DNA from: Nitrospirota bacterium
GTDB taxonomy: Bacteria; Nitrospirota; Thermodesulfovibrionia; Thermodesulfovibrionales; JdFR-86
Length of the DNA stretch: 64,000 nt
Assembly (NCBI GenBank): GCA_963721805.1
Contig: CAVRJY010000002.1
Location: forward strand, 576,001-640,000
Reading direction: 5' to 3'
Part shown: one piece after another, positions 54,961-64,000 of the stretch
Layout of the letters: the number at the start of each line of letters is the position of its first letter
How positions within the stretch are numbered: the first letter of the stretch is position 1
The notes under the pieces: generated by a model
Told to the model about the DNA's origin: nothing
The model's input: the letters and a program-made list of their open reading frames with translations, nothing else
The model's database searches: none
Translations under genes and position numbers: made by a program

Positions 54961-56025
54961 ATGATCTTCAGGGTGTTCAAGAAAGACCGGCTGCAAGATC
55001 TTTTCGCGGCGCTTGCCGGATCGGGCAGGGTCATAGGCCCGGTAGTGCAAGGCGTCGCCAGCGACGGAGGCCAGATCCACGCCTTCGAGCCCGTCAGGGA
55101 CTTCTCCGCCCTCGCGCTCGGCTACTCGATGACAAGGCTGTCGGCGAAGCGGTATTACATGCCCTACGTCGAGGACATCGCAACCTTTAAGCTTTCGGGC
55201 GCGGACTGGACCAAGCAGAGCGCATTCGACGTGCAGGAGAGGACGGTGCTCTTCGGGCTGCATGCTTGCGATATCAACGCCCTAAACAAGCTCGACAAGG
55301 TGCTGCTCGAAAGCGTATACCCTGACCCGTTCTATACCGCCAAACGCAAGAACCTGTTCATCGTCGGCATGGACTGCACTCCCACGCCCACCTGCTTTTG
55401 CCGCTCGATGGGCAGCCATACCGCCTTGCACGGGTTCGACCTTTTCCTTACCGATATAGGGCCAGTTTACTTCGCCGAGATCATGACCGACACCGCCTTT
55501 AACCTGCTTAAGACGGTCGATGCGCGCGAGCCGGCGGAGCTCGAACACGTGCTATACATGAAGGCCGCCGAGGCGCGCGACCGCAAGTTCACGACCGTCG
55601 TGGACACGACCGACCTCGCTAAGATACTGGACATGGAGTTTCAAAGCCCGGTCTGGGAGAGATGGGGCGAGAGGTGCCTGTCGTGCGGCACCTGCGCCAA
55701 TGTCTGCCCGACCTGCTATTGCTATGACGTGGCCGAGGACGTTGAGTTAAACCTCCAGGGTGCGCGCAAGACCAAGCGGCTCTATTCCTGCAACCTGCTG
55801 GACTTCGCGCGCGTGGCCGGCGGGCATAACTTCAGGAAGGGCAGCGACGTGCGGATCAAGTACCGCTATTACCACAAGCACCGCGGGTTCGTCGAGGCAT
55901 ACGAAGAGCCGCTCTGCGTGGGATGCGGCCGGTGCGGCATATCGTGCCTGGCCAACATAACGGTGCCCGAGGTGATAGCGAGCGTCCGTGGGGAAGGGGG
56001 GCTGAAGTATGGAAGGCCCGCTTAG
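54961..56025 (+). CDS. Group 3b [NiFe]-hydrogenase beta subunit (4Fe-4S, HydB/AsrA-like)
   Basis: CLSCGTCANVCPTCYC, CVGCGRCGISC. Confidence 0.9.
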   Translation: MIFRVFKKDRLQDLFAALAGSGRVIGPVVQGVASDGGQIHAFEPVRDFSALALGYSMTRLSAKRYYMPYVEDIATFKLSGADWTKQSAFDVQERTVLFGLHACDINALNKLDKVLLESVYPDPFYTAKRKNLFIVGMDCTPTPTCFCRSMGSHTALHGFDLFLTDIGPVYFAEIMTDTAFNLLKTVDAREPAELEHVLYMKAAEARDRKFTTVVDTTDLAKILDMEFQSPVWERWGERCLSCGTCANVCPTCYCYDVAEDVELNLQGARKTKRLYSCNLLDFARVAGGHNFRKGSDVRIKYRYYHKHRGFVEAYEEPLCVGCGRCGISCLANITVPEVIASVRGEGGLKYGRPA

Positions 56026-56905
56026 CCTCAGGGATATCGCAGGCGAAAACCAACGCCGCAGAACCGACTTCGAGGGCTACGAGCGCGCATTCAAGGCCGA
56101 GGTCACGAACTTCTATCCCCTCACGCCCGACGTCAACCTGTACCAGATCCAGCTGATCGACCCGATGGAGCGCAGGGCCTTCGAGTTCAGGCCCGGGCAG
56201 TTCGTGATGCTCGAGGTGCCGGGCATCGGCGAGGCCCCGTTTTCTATCTCGTCCTCGCCGGTACGCCACGGGGATTTGGAAATATGCATCCGCAGGGTAG
56301 GGAACCTCACGAACTTTCTGGCGGGAATAAAGCGCGGGCTTCGGATCGGGGTGCGCGGGCCGTTCGGCACGAACTTTCCGATGGAGCGCATGCACGGCAG
56401 CAACGTCGTGCTGGTGGCCGGAGGGCTCGGCATCGTGCCGCTTCGTGCGCCTCTTTCGTATGTGCTTGAGAACCGCAGCCGGTTCAAGACGGTCAAGGTC
56501 GTTTACGGAGCACGCACTCCGGCCGACCTGCTTTTTAAGTACCAGTACGACGCCTGGCGGCAGTTCGACATTGACCTCAACATAATCGTCGAGCGGCCTG
56601 ACGCCGATTGGCGCGGCCCGTCCGGCCTGATAACCGAGGCCCTGCAGCCGGTCTGCGCGGACGGCACCTGCTCGATGCCAGAGAGCTTCGCGGTCGTCTG
56701 CGGCCCTCCGGTGATGTTCAAGTTCGTCTGCGGGATGATGACCGAGTACGGCATGCCGATGCAGAGGATGTTCGTATCCCTGGAGCGCAGGATGCACTGC
56801 GGCATGGGCAAGTGCTGCCGCTGCAACGTCGGTTCAACATACACCTGCCTGAAGGGGCCGGTCTTCGATTTCTGGAGCGTGATGAACCTCAAGGAGGCGA
56901 TCTGA
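56009..56905 (+). CDS. Group 3b hydrogenase gamma subunit (FAD/NAD(P), 2Fe-2S)
   Basis: PGQFVML..GEAPFSISS, AGGLG, CGPPVM, MHCGMGKCCRC. Confidence 0.9.
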   Translation: MEGPLSLRDIAGENQRRRTDFEGYERAFKAEVTNFYPLTPDVNLYQIQLIDPMERRAFEFRPGQFVMLEVPGIGEAPFSISSSPVRHGDLEICIRRVGNLTNFLAGIKRGLRIGVRGPFGTNFPMERMHGSNVVLVAGGLGIVPLRAPLSYVLENRSRFKTVKVVYGARTPADLLFKYQYDAWRQFDIDLNIIVERPDADWRGPSGLITEALQPVCADGTCSMPESFAVVCGPPVMFKFVCGMMTEYGMPMQRMFVSLERRMHCGMGKCCRCNVGSTYTCLKGPVFDFWSVMNLKEAI

Positions 56906-57717
56906 TGGCTCTGTCGTATCTCGGGCTGCCGCTTAAGAGGCCGAGGGCCGCGTTTTTCGATTTCACCGCCTGCGAGGGCTGCGAGCTTCAGGTGCTCAAT
57001 AACGAGTCGAAGCTCCTGGACTTCCTCTCGCTCGTCGAGATCGTCTCGTTCCGCGAGGCCATGACCGAGCGCTCCGACGACTACGAGATCGCGTTCGTAG
57101 AAGGCAGCATCACGCGGCCGGACGAGGTCGAGCGGCTGAAGAAGATCCGCGCCAACGCCAAGGTGCTCGTCGCGTTCGGGTCGTGCGCCTGCTTCGGCGG
57201 CGTAAACCAGCTTAAGAACCGCTTCAACGATCTCGATTGGGTCAAGCGTCAGGTATACGGTGATGCGCCGATAGAAACGATCCCCGCATACCCGCTCGAG
57301 CATTATGTTCCGGTCGATCTGCGGATCTTCGGCTGCCCCGTAAAGAAAGAGGAGGTCGAGCGCATAGTGCTCGACCTCGTGCTCGGCAAGTCCGTCACGC
57401 TGCCCGCATATCCGGTCTGCATGGAGTGCAAGGCTAACGAGAACATATGCGTCTACGAGCTGGGCGAGCCGTGCCTGGGCCCGGTGACGCGCGCGGGCTG
57501 CGACTCGTGGTGCACGAACTCGCGGCGGGGTTGCTGGGGCTGCCGCGGGCCGGCCGAGGACGCAAACGTATCCGAGATGGTCGCTATCATGCGCGAGCGC
57601 GGGATATCGGCCGAGGCGATTACAGACAGGCTCGAGTGCTTCGGGGGGTTCGGGGTGGAACTCGAGGCGCTCAGGGCATCGGGGGCCTTATCGCCGCCCG
57701 CGGAGGGACCGCGATGA
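56905..57717 (+). CDS. Group 3b hydrogenase small (delta) subunit
   Basis: FTACEGC, GSCACFGG, GCP, VCMEC..CLGPVT..GC..CWGCRG. Confidence 0.9.
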   Translation: MALSYLGLPLKRPRAAFFDFTACEGCELQVLNNESKLLDFLSLVEIVSFREAMTERSDDYEIAFVEGSITRPDEVERLKKIRANAKVLVAFGSCACFGGVNQLKNRFNDLDWVKRQVYGDAPIETIPAYPLEHYVPVDLRIFGCPVKKEEVERIVLDLVLGKSVTLPAYPVCMECKANENICVYELGEPCLGPVTRAGCDSWCTNSRRGCWGCRGPAEDANVSEMVAIMRERGISAEAITDRLECFGGFGVELEALRASGALSPPAEGPR

Positions 57718-58988
57718 AACTAAACTGCAACGTGGACGTCCGCCATCTCACGCGCGTCGAGGGCCACGGCAACATACAGATCACTATCAAGGACGGAATG
57801 CTCCGGAAGGCACAGTGGGAGGTAGTTGAGACCCCGAGGTTCTTCGAGGCGATGCTCGTCGGCAAGAACTGGGAGAACGCCCCATGGATATGCGGCCGGA
57901 TATGCGGGATATGCTCGATAGGCCACACGCTGGCGAGCATCCGCGCGATCGAAAACGCGTTCGGGATCGAACCCACTGAGCAGACAGTTAAGCTCAGGCT
58001 GCTGCTTAAGCACATGGAAACGCTCCAGAGCCACGTGCTGCATTTGTACTTTTTGGTGGCCCCTGACTTCGTAGGGACCGGAAGCGTGCTGCCCCTGATC
58101 GAGAGCCACCCGGACATCGTGCAGAGGGCCGCCAGGCTCAAACTCCTCGCAAACGACGTCTGCGACCTCATAGGCGGCCGCCGCATGCACCCGACCACTA
58201 CCGTTGTCGGCGGCTTCACGATGCTGCCGGACTGGCACGCCCTCGATGCCGCCAGGGCCAGGCTCAAGGGGGCATTGGCCGACCTCGGTCTCACCGCCGA
58301 ACTTTTCAAGACCTTCAAGGTCCCCGAGTTCACGCGCGAGACTGAATTCGTGTCATTAAAAGGCGAGGTCGTTTATCCATTCATCGGGGGCGACCTGGTC
58401 TCAAGCGACGGCGTAGTGGAGTACGAGAGCCGGTACCGCAAGATGACGAACGAATACACCGTCCCGCAGTCGACCTCGAAGTGGAGCCGCCTGAGCCGCG
58501 AGTCCTTCGCGGTGGGCGCGCTTGCGAGGCTCAACAACAACTATCGCCTTCTGCACCCTCTGGCACTCAAGACCGCCGAGGGTTTCGGTCTTGCCCCCGT
58601 CAACCACAACCCGTTTATGAACAACGTGGCACAGCTCGTCGAGTGCGTCCACGTGGTCGCCGAGTCCATCGATATGATCGGATATCTCCTCGGCACTCAA
58701 TGGGGCGAGCCGCGTACCTTGGTGGAGCCCAAGGCCGGAGTTGGCGTCGGGGCGGTGGAGGTTCCGCGCGGAATACTTTATCATTGCTATGAGTTCGATA
58801 AAAAAGGCAAAATACTCTCATGCGACTGCGTGATCCCTACAAGCCAAAACCACGCCAACATCCAGCACGACCTCTCGGCGCTGGCCGAGCGGTATGCGTC
58901 GCAAGGCAGCACGGACCGCGAGATCGAGCTTCTGGCCTCGATGCTGGTGCGCGCCTACGACCCCTGCATATCCTGTTCCGTCCACTGA
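57714..58988 (+). CDS. [NiFe]-hydrogenase large (alpha) subunit, group 3b
   Basis: TRVEGHG, L1 RICGIC, L2 DPCISCSVH then stop. Confidence 0.95.
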   Translation: MKLNCNVDVRHLTRVEGHGNIQITIKDGMLRKAQWEVVETPRFFEAMLVGKNWENAPWICGRICGICSIGHTLASIRAIENAFGIEPTEQTVKLRLLLKHMETLQSHVLHLYFLVAPDFVGTGSVLPLIESHPDIVQRAARLKLLANDVCDLIGGRRMHPTTTVVGGFTMLPDWHALDAARARLKGALADLGLTAELFKTFKVPEFTRETEFVSLKGEVVYPFIGGDLVSSDGVVEYESRYRKMTNEYTVPQSTSKWSRLSRESFAVGALARLNNNYRLLHPLALKTAEGFGLAPVNHNPFMNNVAQLVECVHVVAESIDMIGYLLGTQWGEPRTLVEPKAGVGVGAVEVPRGILYHCYEFDKKGKILSCDCVIPTSQNHANIQHDLSALAERYASQGSTDREIELLASMLVRAYDPCISCSVH

Positions 58989-58994
58989 CCCCGT

Positions 58995-59714
58995 ATGCCG
59001 CCTGAGGCCCGCCGCCCGATAGGGCTGATCTCGGCCGTCCCGTTTGAGTCCGCCAGGATTCGCGCCGCGATGAAGCGGACCAGCTCCCCGCGTGAAGGTT
59101 TCATGAAGGGCAGCCTCGACGGCAGGCCCTGCGTCCTCGTCTCCTGCGGCATAGGCTTGACGAACGCCGCCCACGCGGCCACGGTGATGATCGAACGGTT
59201 CGCTCCGTCGCATCTGGTGCTGTTCGGCATCGGTGGCGCCTATCACGGAAGCGGCCTCGGAGTGGGAGACCTCGCGGTCGCGACCGATGAGGTCTACGCG
59301 GATCTCGGCGTGATCGCCCCCGGCGGGTTTATGGACCTAAGTGAGATGGGGTTTCCGTTGCTAAGTGCCGGACGAAAGAAATACTATAACGCCCTGCCTT
59401 TGGACAAGCCGCTGGTGCGGAAGGCCCGCGCCCTGGGCCGGATCAAGGCCGGGAGGTTCCTCACGGTCAGCGCTGTAAGCGGCACGCTTGCGCGGGCCAC
59501 GGAGCTGACCCGGCTGTACGGCGGTGCGCTGTGCGAGAACATGGAGGGCGCCGCTGTCGCGCATGTCTGCGCGATTTACGGCGTGCCGGTGCTAGAGATA
59601 CGCGCGATAAGCAACATGGTCGAGGACCGGGACCTGGGTGAATGGGATAAGGAAGGTGCGTCCGAGGCGGTACAGCTAGCGGTCATGGAGCTACTGCGGG
59701 ATGGGTCCTTTTGA
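58995..59714 (+). CDS. mqnB: Futalosine hydrolase
   Basis: GIGLTNAA, GIGGAY, ENMEGAA..EIRAISNMVEDRD..W. Confidence 0.85.
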   Translation: MPPEARRPIGLISAVPFESARIRAAMKRTSSPREGFMKGSLDGRPCVLVSCGIGLTNAAHAATVMIERFAPSHLVLFGIGGAYHGSGLGVGDLAVATDEVYADLGVIAPGGFMDLSEMGFPLLSAGRKKYYNALPLDKPLVRKARALGRIKAGRFLTVSAVSGTLARATELTRLYGGALCENMEGAAVAHVCAIYGVPVLEIRAISNMVEDRDLGEWDKEGASEAVQLAVMELLRDGSF

Positions 59715-60746
59715 GGGTACGGCTTTTCCCGCGGCCTCGGCTTTCTTGACATACTCCTGAAGTGCGGTCCTGACCCTGTCCGGCATGTCGATGAACCTGA
59801 CGCCGAACCCGATGCCCTGCTGGCTGTGGGCCACCTTCGCCGAGAGATCGATCAGGTGGGGGCCGAGTTCGAAGCTGACGTTCACGATGCTGTCAGACGA
59901 TACGGTATGCCGGGTGTAGACATACATCCCGCTGTCGCTGAGGTCTATGGCCATGCCGCCAGCCTGATTGTTTATGTTTACGGGTATATCGACCCTGACG
60001 CGTACGGTCCGCCAGCCCCGGCGGTCCTTGGGCTTCATCACCTCTATGCTCTCGAGAGAGTCGATCAGTTCGCGCAGCTTCTTGGGCGAGGTGTTCATGC
60101 GCGGCAGGAACATGTCGGCCTGGTGCTCCGAGACCTTCCTCATCAGGCTGGGCCGGTTGTTGTCCGATATGACGAGCACCGGGATCTCGCGGATGCCTGG
60201 CGTGGCCTTGATTACCTTGATAAGGTCGAAGCACTTCGAACTCTCGTCGCCGATCACCATGAGCAGGGCCACGATATGCTGCGTGTTGCGGATGTCCTCG
60301 ATCGCCCTCTCCACGCTCCTGGCCTCGAGGACCGTGTAGCCGTTCCTGACCAGTTCGCTGACGTGCATGGTTACGTTTTCGCCAGCGATGTCCACGAAGA
60401 TGACGCGCCGTTTCTCGACCGTCTCCTTCTGCGTGGCCAGCGGGCTTTTGTTGATGAACGCTGCGATTTTGGCGGCGATCTTCTCGTCGAGCCCAATGAA
60501 CTTCAGCCCCATGCCGATCCCTGCCTTGCAGTGCTGGACGCGCGCCGAGACATTGAGGGTATCGAGCGCTATGGGAATGGCTATCTTCAGGACTGTGCCC
60601 GGCTTAAATGCCCGGTTGGTATGGACGAACATCCCGCCTACGCTTATGTCGACCGACTGGACTCCCCATACGCCGCCGTTTAAGAGGATGAGCTTCTTAA
60701 ACGGTACGCGTACGTTTCGCTCGACTTGTGACCTCTGATCCGCCAT
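59691..60746 (-). CDS. PilZ - degenerate receiver - PilZ protein
   Basis: RNVR..DISVGG and RTVRVR..DLSDSG PilZ motifs flank a CheY-like core. Confidence 0.8.
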   Translation of the reverse strand: MADQRSQVERNVRVPFKKLILLNGGVWGVQSVDISVGGMFVHTNRAFKPGTVLKIAIPIALDTLNVSARVQHCKAGIGMGLKFIGLDEKIAAKIAAFINKSPLATQKETVEKRRVIFVDIAGENVTMHVSELVRNGYTVLEARSVERAIEDIRNTQHIVALLMVIGDESSKCFDLIKVIKATPGIREIPVLVISDNNRPSLMRKVSEHQADMFLPRMNTSPKKLRELIDSLESIEVMKPKDRRGWRTVRVRVDIPVNINNQAGGMAIDLSDSGMYVYTRHTVSSDSIVNVSFELGPHLIDLSAKVAHSQQGIGFGVRFIDMPDRVRTALQEYVKKAEAAGKAVPSKGPIPQ

Positions 60747-60765
60747 GTGGGTATTATACAGAATT

Positions 60766-61410
60766 TCAGGACAGTTTGCTAATTTTTTCGCAGTATCTCC
60801 GGGCGTTGCGGTCCATGTCGCCCTTCAGTATCGAGCTGGCCGCGGCCACTGCGCATGCGCCGCTTGAGATCACGTCCCGGAGCTTCCCGAGCCCTATGCC
60901 CCCGATGGCCACGACCGGCACGTTAACTTTCTTGACGACCTTCTGCAGCATCTCGGTGCCTTTGGGCTTGCCGGCGTCCTTCGTCCTGGTGGGGAAAACC
61001 GGGCCGAAGCCGATGTAGTCGGCGCCGTCGTCGCATGCCGCCATGGCTTCCTTGATGCTGTGAGTCGAGACCCCTATTATCCTGTCTCGGCCGACGACCT
61101 TGCGGGCCTCCGCGACCGGCAGGTCTTCCTGGCCCAGGTGGACGCCGTCGGCGCCGACGATGGCCGCGATGTCCGCGAAGTCGTTGACTATGAAGCATGC
61201 CTTGTACTTGCGGGTGAGCTCGCGGATCTTGAGGGCGTTTGCGAGGAATACCCGCCTGTCAGCGTTTTTTTCCCGGTACTGTATCCACCTGATGCCGGCC
61301 TGCAGTGCGGTCAATGCCATCTCGGCAGGGGTTAGGCGGCACAGGTTGCGGTCTGTTATCAGGCATATGCCGCCTTTGTACAGAACCCTGCGTGCCGCCG
61401 CTCCGCTCAT
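60766..61410 (-). CDS. thiE: Thiamine-phosphate synthase
   Basis: QYREK, IVND, GVHLGQED, FPTRTK, AIGGI. Confidence 0.94.
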   Translation of the reverse strand: MSGAAARRVLYKGGICLITDRNLCRLTPAEMALTALQAGIRWIQYREKNADRRVFLANALKIRELTRKYKACFIVNDFADIAAIVGADGVHLGQEDLPVAEARKVVGRDRIIGVSTHSIKEAMAACDDGADYIGFGPVFPTRTKDAGKPKGTEMLQKVVKKVNVPVVAIGGIGLGKLRDVISSGACAVAAASSILKGDMDRNARRYCEKISKLS

Positions 61411-62780
61411 TGCGCGCCTTCCGCGGCCTCTTCGGCAGGGTCGTTTAGATGTTCCACGAAAGAGGTGTCGTATTTGCCGCGAAGGAAATCCTCGTTGCCC
61501 ATAACCTTCAGATGAAACGGCACGGTGGTCTTGATGCCCTCGATCCTGAAATCGCTTAGCGCCCTGCGCATCCTGTCGATAGCCTCGGCGCGGTCACGGC
61601 CATGCACGATGAGCTTCGCCACGAGGGAGTCGTAAGTGGGCGGGATCACGCAGCCAGCGTATAAGGCGGTGTCGAGCCTCACTCCCGGGCCGCCAGGCGG
61701 GTAGTAGAACGTCACCTCGCCGGGCGAGGGGACGAAACGCTCCGGGTCCTCGGCGTTGATCCTGCATTCGATCGCGTGGCCCGTGCGCTTGATAGAGTAC
61801 TGCTTAAACCCAAGCTCGGCGCCGGCCGCGATCATTATCTGCTGCTTTACGATGTCGATGCCGGTGATGGCCTCGGTAATCGGATGCTCGACCTGTATCC
61901 TCGTATTGATCTCCATGAAGTAGGGCTCGCCGTCGGAGGCAAGGGCGAACTCTATCGTCCCGGCATTGCGGTATTTGAATGCCTTTGCTGCCTTCACCCC
62001 CAGTTCGCATATGCGCTTGCGGAGCTTGTCGTTGAGCGAGGGGGAGGGGGCCTCCTCGATGAGTTTCTGGTGGCGGCGCTGTATCGAGCAGTCGCGCTCG
62101 CCCAGGTGCACGATGTTGCCCTTGCTGTCGGCCAGGATCTGGACCTCGATATGGCGCAGCCCGGTCAGGTATTTTTCGATATAGAGTTCTTTGTTGCCGA
62201 ACGCGGTCTCGGCCTCGCGCTGGGCCATGTGGAATGCATGTTTTAATGCCGATTCCTCCATGACGATCTTCATGCCCTTGCCGCCGCCGCCGTGCGCCGA
62301 CTTGATCATCACCGGGTAGCCGATCTTCTTTGCGACCTTGACGGCATCGTCCTCTTCGGATACCACGCCCTCGCTGCCGGGGATGACGGGCACGCCGTGT
62401 TTCTTCATGAGCTGCCGGGCCTTGGACTTGTCGCCTCCGTTGCGGATCGTCTCCGGCGACGGGCCGATGAACACGATCTGCGACTTGGCGCAGGACTCTG
62501 CGAACTGCGCGTTCTCGGCCAGGAACCCGTAGCCCGGGTGAATGGCGTTTGAGTCCGTGATCTCGGCCGCGGTGAGGATGGCGGGTATGCTCAGGTAGCT
62601 CTGGGACGAGGCCGCAGGCCCGATGCATATGGATTCGTCGGCGAGCTTTACGTGCATCGACTGCCTGTCGATGTCCGAATACACCGCGACGGTGCGTATG
62701 CCGAGCTCCCGGCAGGCGCGTATGATTCGGATCGCGATCTCGCCGCGGTTTGCTATCAGGATCTTATTGAATTTATTCAT
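61407..62780 (-). CDS. accC: Biotin carboxylase
   Basis: KILIANRGEIA, HPGYGFLAEN, ERDCSIQRRHQK, RIQVEHP. Confidence 0.96.
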   Translation of the reverse strand: MNKFNKILIANRGEIAIRIIRACRELGIRTVAVYSDIDRQSMHVKLADESICIGPAASSQSYLSIPAILTAAEITDSNAIHPGYGFLAENAQFAESCAKSQIVFIGPSPETIRNGGDKSKARQLMKKHGVPVIPGSEGVVSEEDDAVKVAKKIGYPVMIKSAHGGGGKGMKIVMEESALKHAFHMAQREAETAFGNKELYIEKYLTGLRHIEVQILADSKGNIVHLGERDCSIQRRHQKLIEEAPSPSLNDKLRKRICELGVKAAKAFKYRNAGTIEFALASDGEPYFMEINTRIQVEHPITEAITGIDIVKQQIMIAAGAELGFKQYSIKRTGHAIECRINAEDPERFVPSPGEVTFYYPPGGPGVRLDTALYAGCVIPPTYDSLVAKLIVHGRDRAEAIDRMRRALSDFRIEGIKTTVPFHLKVMGNEDFLRGKYDTSFVEHLNDPAEEAAEGAQ

Positions 62781-62787
62781 GCCGTCC

Positions 62788-63246
<459 letters not shown>

Positions 63247-63247
63247 C

Positions 63248-63808
63248 TTATTTCACCCTTTCGATGTACTCCGAGGTGCGAGTGTCGATCTTCAGTACGT
63301 CGCCGACGTTGATATGAAACGGCACCCTGACCACGCAGCCGGTCTCGAGCGTGGCGGGCTTTCCGCTGCCCGAGGCGGTATCGCCCTTGAAGCCGGGCTC
63401 GGTCTCGACGACCGCGAGCTCCACGAACATCGGGGCCTCGATCGCGATCGGCCTCTCCCTGAAATAGAGGATCTTCACGTTGCTGTTTTCCTTGACGAAC
63501 TGCTTTGCATCGCCGAACTGCTCCTTGGAGAGCGGCACCTGCTCGTAGTTCTCGGTGTCCATGAAGTAATAGAGGCCGTCCTGCTCGTAGAGGTACTGCA
63601 TCTCCTTCTCTTCGAGGTTCGGCGAATCGAACTTCTCGCCCGAGCGGAACGTGTCTTCGAGCACATTGCCCGTGATGAGGTTGCGGTACTTGGTGCGCAC
63701 TATCGCGCCCCCGCGTCCCATCTTCACGTGCTGGAAATCTATGATCTCGCAGGGCTCGTCCTTTAGGACGATCTTTCCGCCCTTCCTGAAATCCGCGGTT
63801 GAAATCAA
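63248..63808 (-). CDS. efp: Elongation factor P
   Basis: HVKMGRGGA, PGFKGDT; TTG start with SD GGAGG. Confidence 0.96.
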   Translation of the reverse strand: MISTADFRKGGKIVLKDEPCEIIDFQHVKMGRGGAIVRTKYRNLITGNVLEDTFRSGEKFDSPNLEEKEMQYLYEQDGLYYFMDTENYEQVPLSKEQFGDAKQFVKENSNVKILYFRERPIAIEAPMFVELAVVETEPGFKGDTASGSGKPATLETGCVVRVPFHINVGDVLKIDTRTSEYIERVK

Positions 63809-63824
63809 ACAAACACCTCCGTAG

Positions 63825-64000
63825 TTAAATTATCTCAAGCTTTTTGGGAAGCGACGTAAGCACCTCGCCCCCCTTTACGCCGGTTACGGCTATCATGTCC
63901 TCTATCCTGACACCCCCGAGCCCCGGCAGGTAGATGCCCGGCTCGACCGTAAATATCATGCCCTTGCTCAGCAGAGTCCGCTCCTTCGAGCCTATGCGCG
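63825..64000 (-). CDS. Xaa-Pro aminopeptidase (M24), 3' fragment
   Basis: Manual translation [36 protein letters not shown]; typical position upstream of efp. Confidence 0.9.
   Translation of the reverse strand, partial: RIGSKERTLLSKGMIFTVEPGIYLPGLGGVRIEDMIAVTGVKGGEVLTSLPKKLEII

Noticed and set aside
54961..56905. Anaerobic sulfite reductase asrAB
   Set aside because: Followed by [NiFe] small and large subunits rather than AsrC, so these are hydrogenase beta/gamma subunits
58986..58988. TGA as selenocysteine/readthrough in the hydrogenase
   Set aside because: All four Ni-ligand positions are Cys codons, the TGA follows the terminal His, and the next gene starts 6 nt later
63825..63900. Suspected frameshift at the G-run in the aminopeptidase 3' end
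   Set aside because: Recounting the six-base run gives an intact frame ending [13 protein letters not shown]

Overview
High-GC bacterial chromosomal window. The 16S motifs and gene content suggest Nitrospirota (Thermodesulfovibrionia-like), but this is an inference with no database search. It is mostly core genome: rnr (5'-truncated), nfuA-amiC-deacylase-dgkA/PAP2-xerC, yggS-proC-yggT-divIVA-hisS, two multi-sensor kinases, a TatD-radical SAM fusion, apgM, porCDAB followed by mglBA, tamB/Omp85, a frameshifted rlmN, tpiA-secG-SBP-glgC-malQ, one complete rRNA operon, radA-thiD, a four-gene group 3b [NiFe]-hydrogenase followed by mqnB, a PilZ-REC-PilZ protein, and thiE-accC-accB-efp-pepP. No CRISPR, prophage or transposase was seen. 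The most unusual signals are: (1) an AT-rich pocket at 28.4-29.4 kb with a 56-bp near-perfect palindrome and two tandem 56-aa paralogous microproteins, each with its own copy of a near-consensus sigma70 promoter; (2) a ~245-nt intervening sequence at an atypical 23S domain I position, plus an expanded 16S helix 6 and a compensatory change in 16S helix 29; (3) many genes that look leaderless, with a TANNNT box 5-9 nt before the start codon and no SD; (4) a hydrogenase large subunit with no C-terminal maturation peptide.
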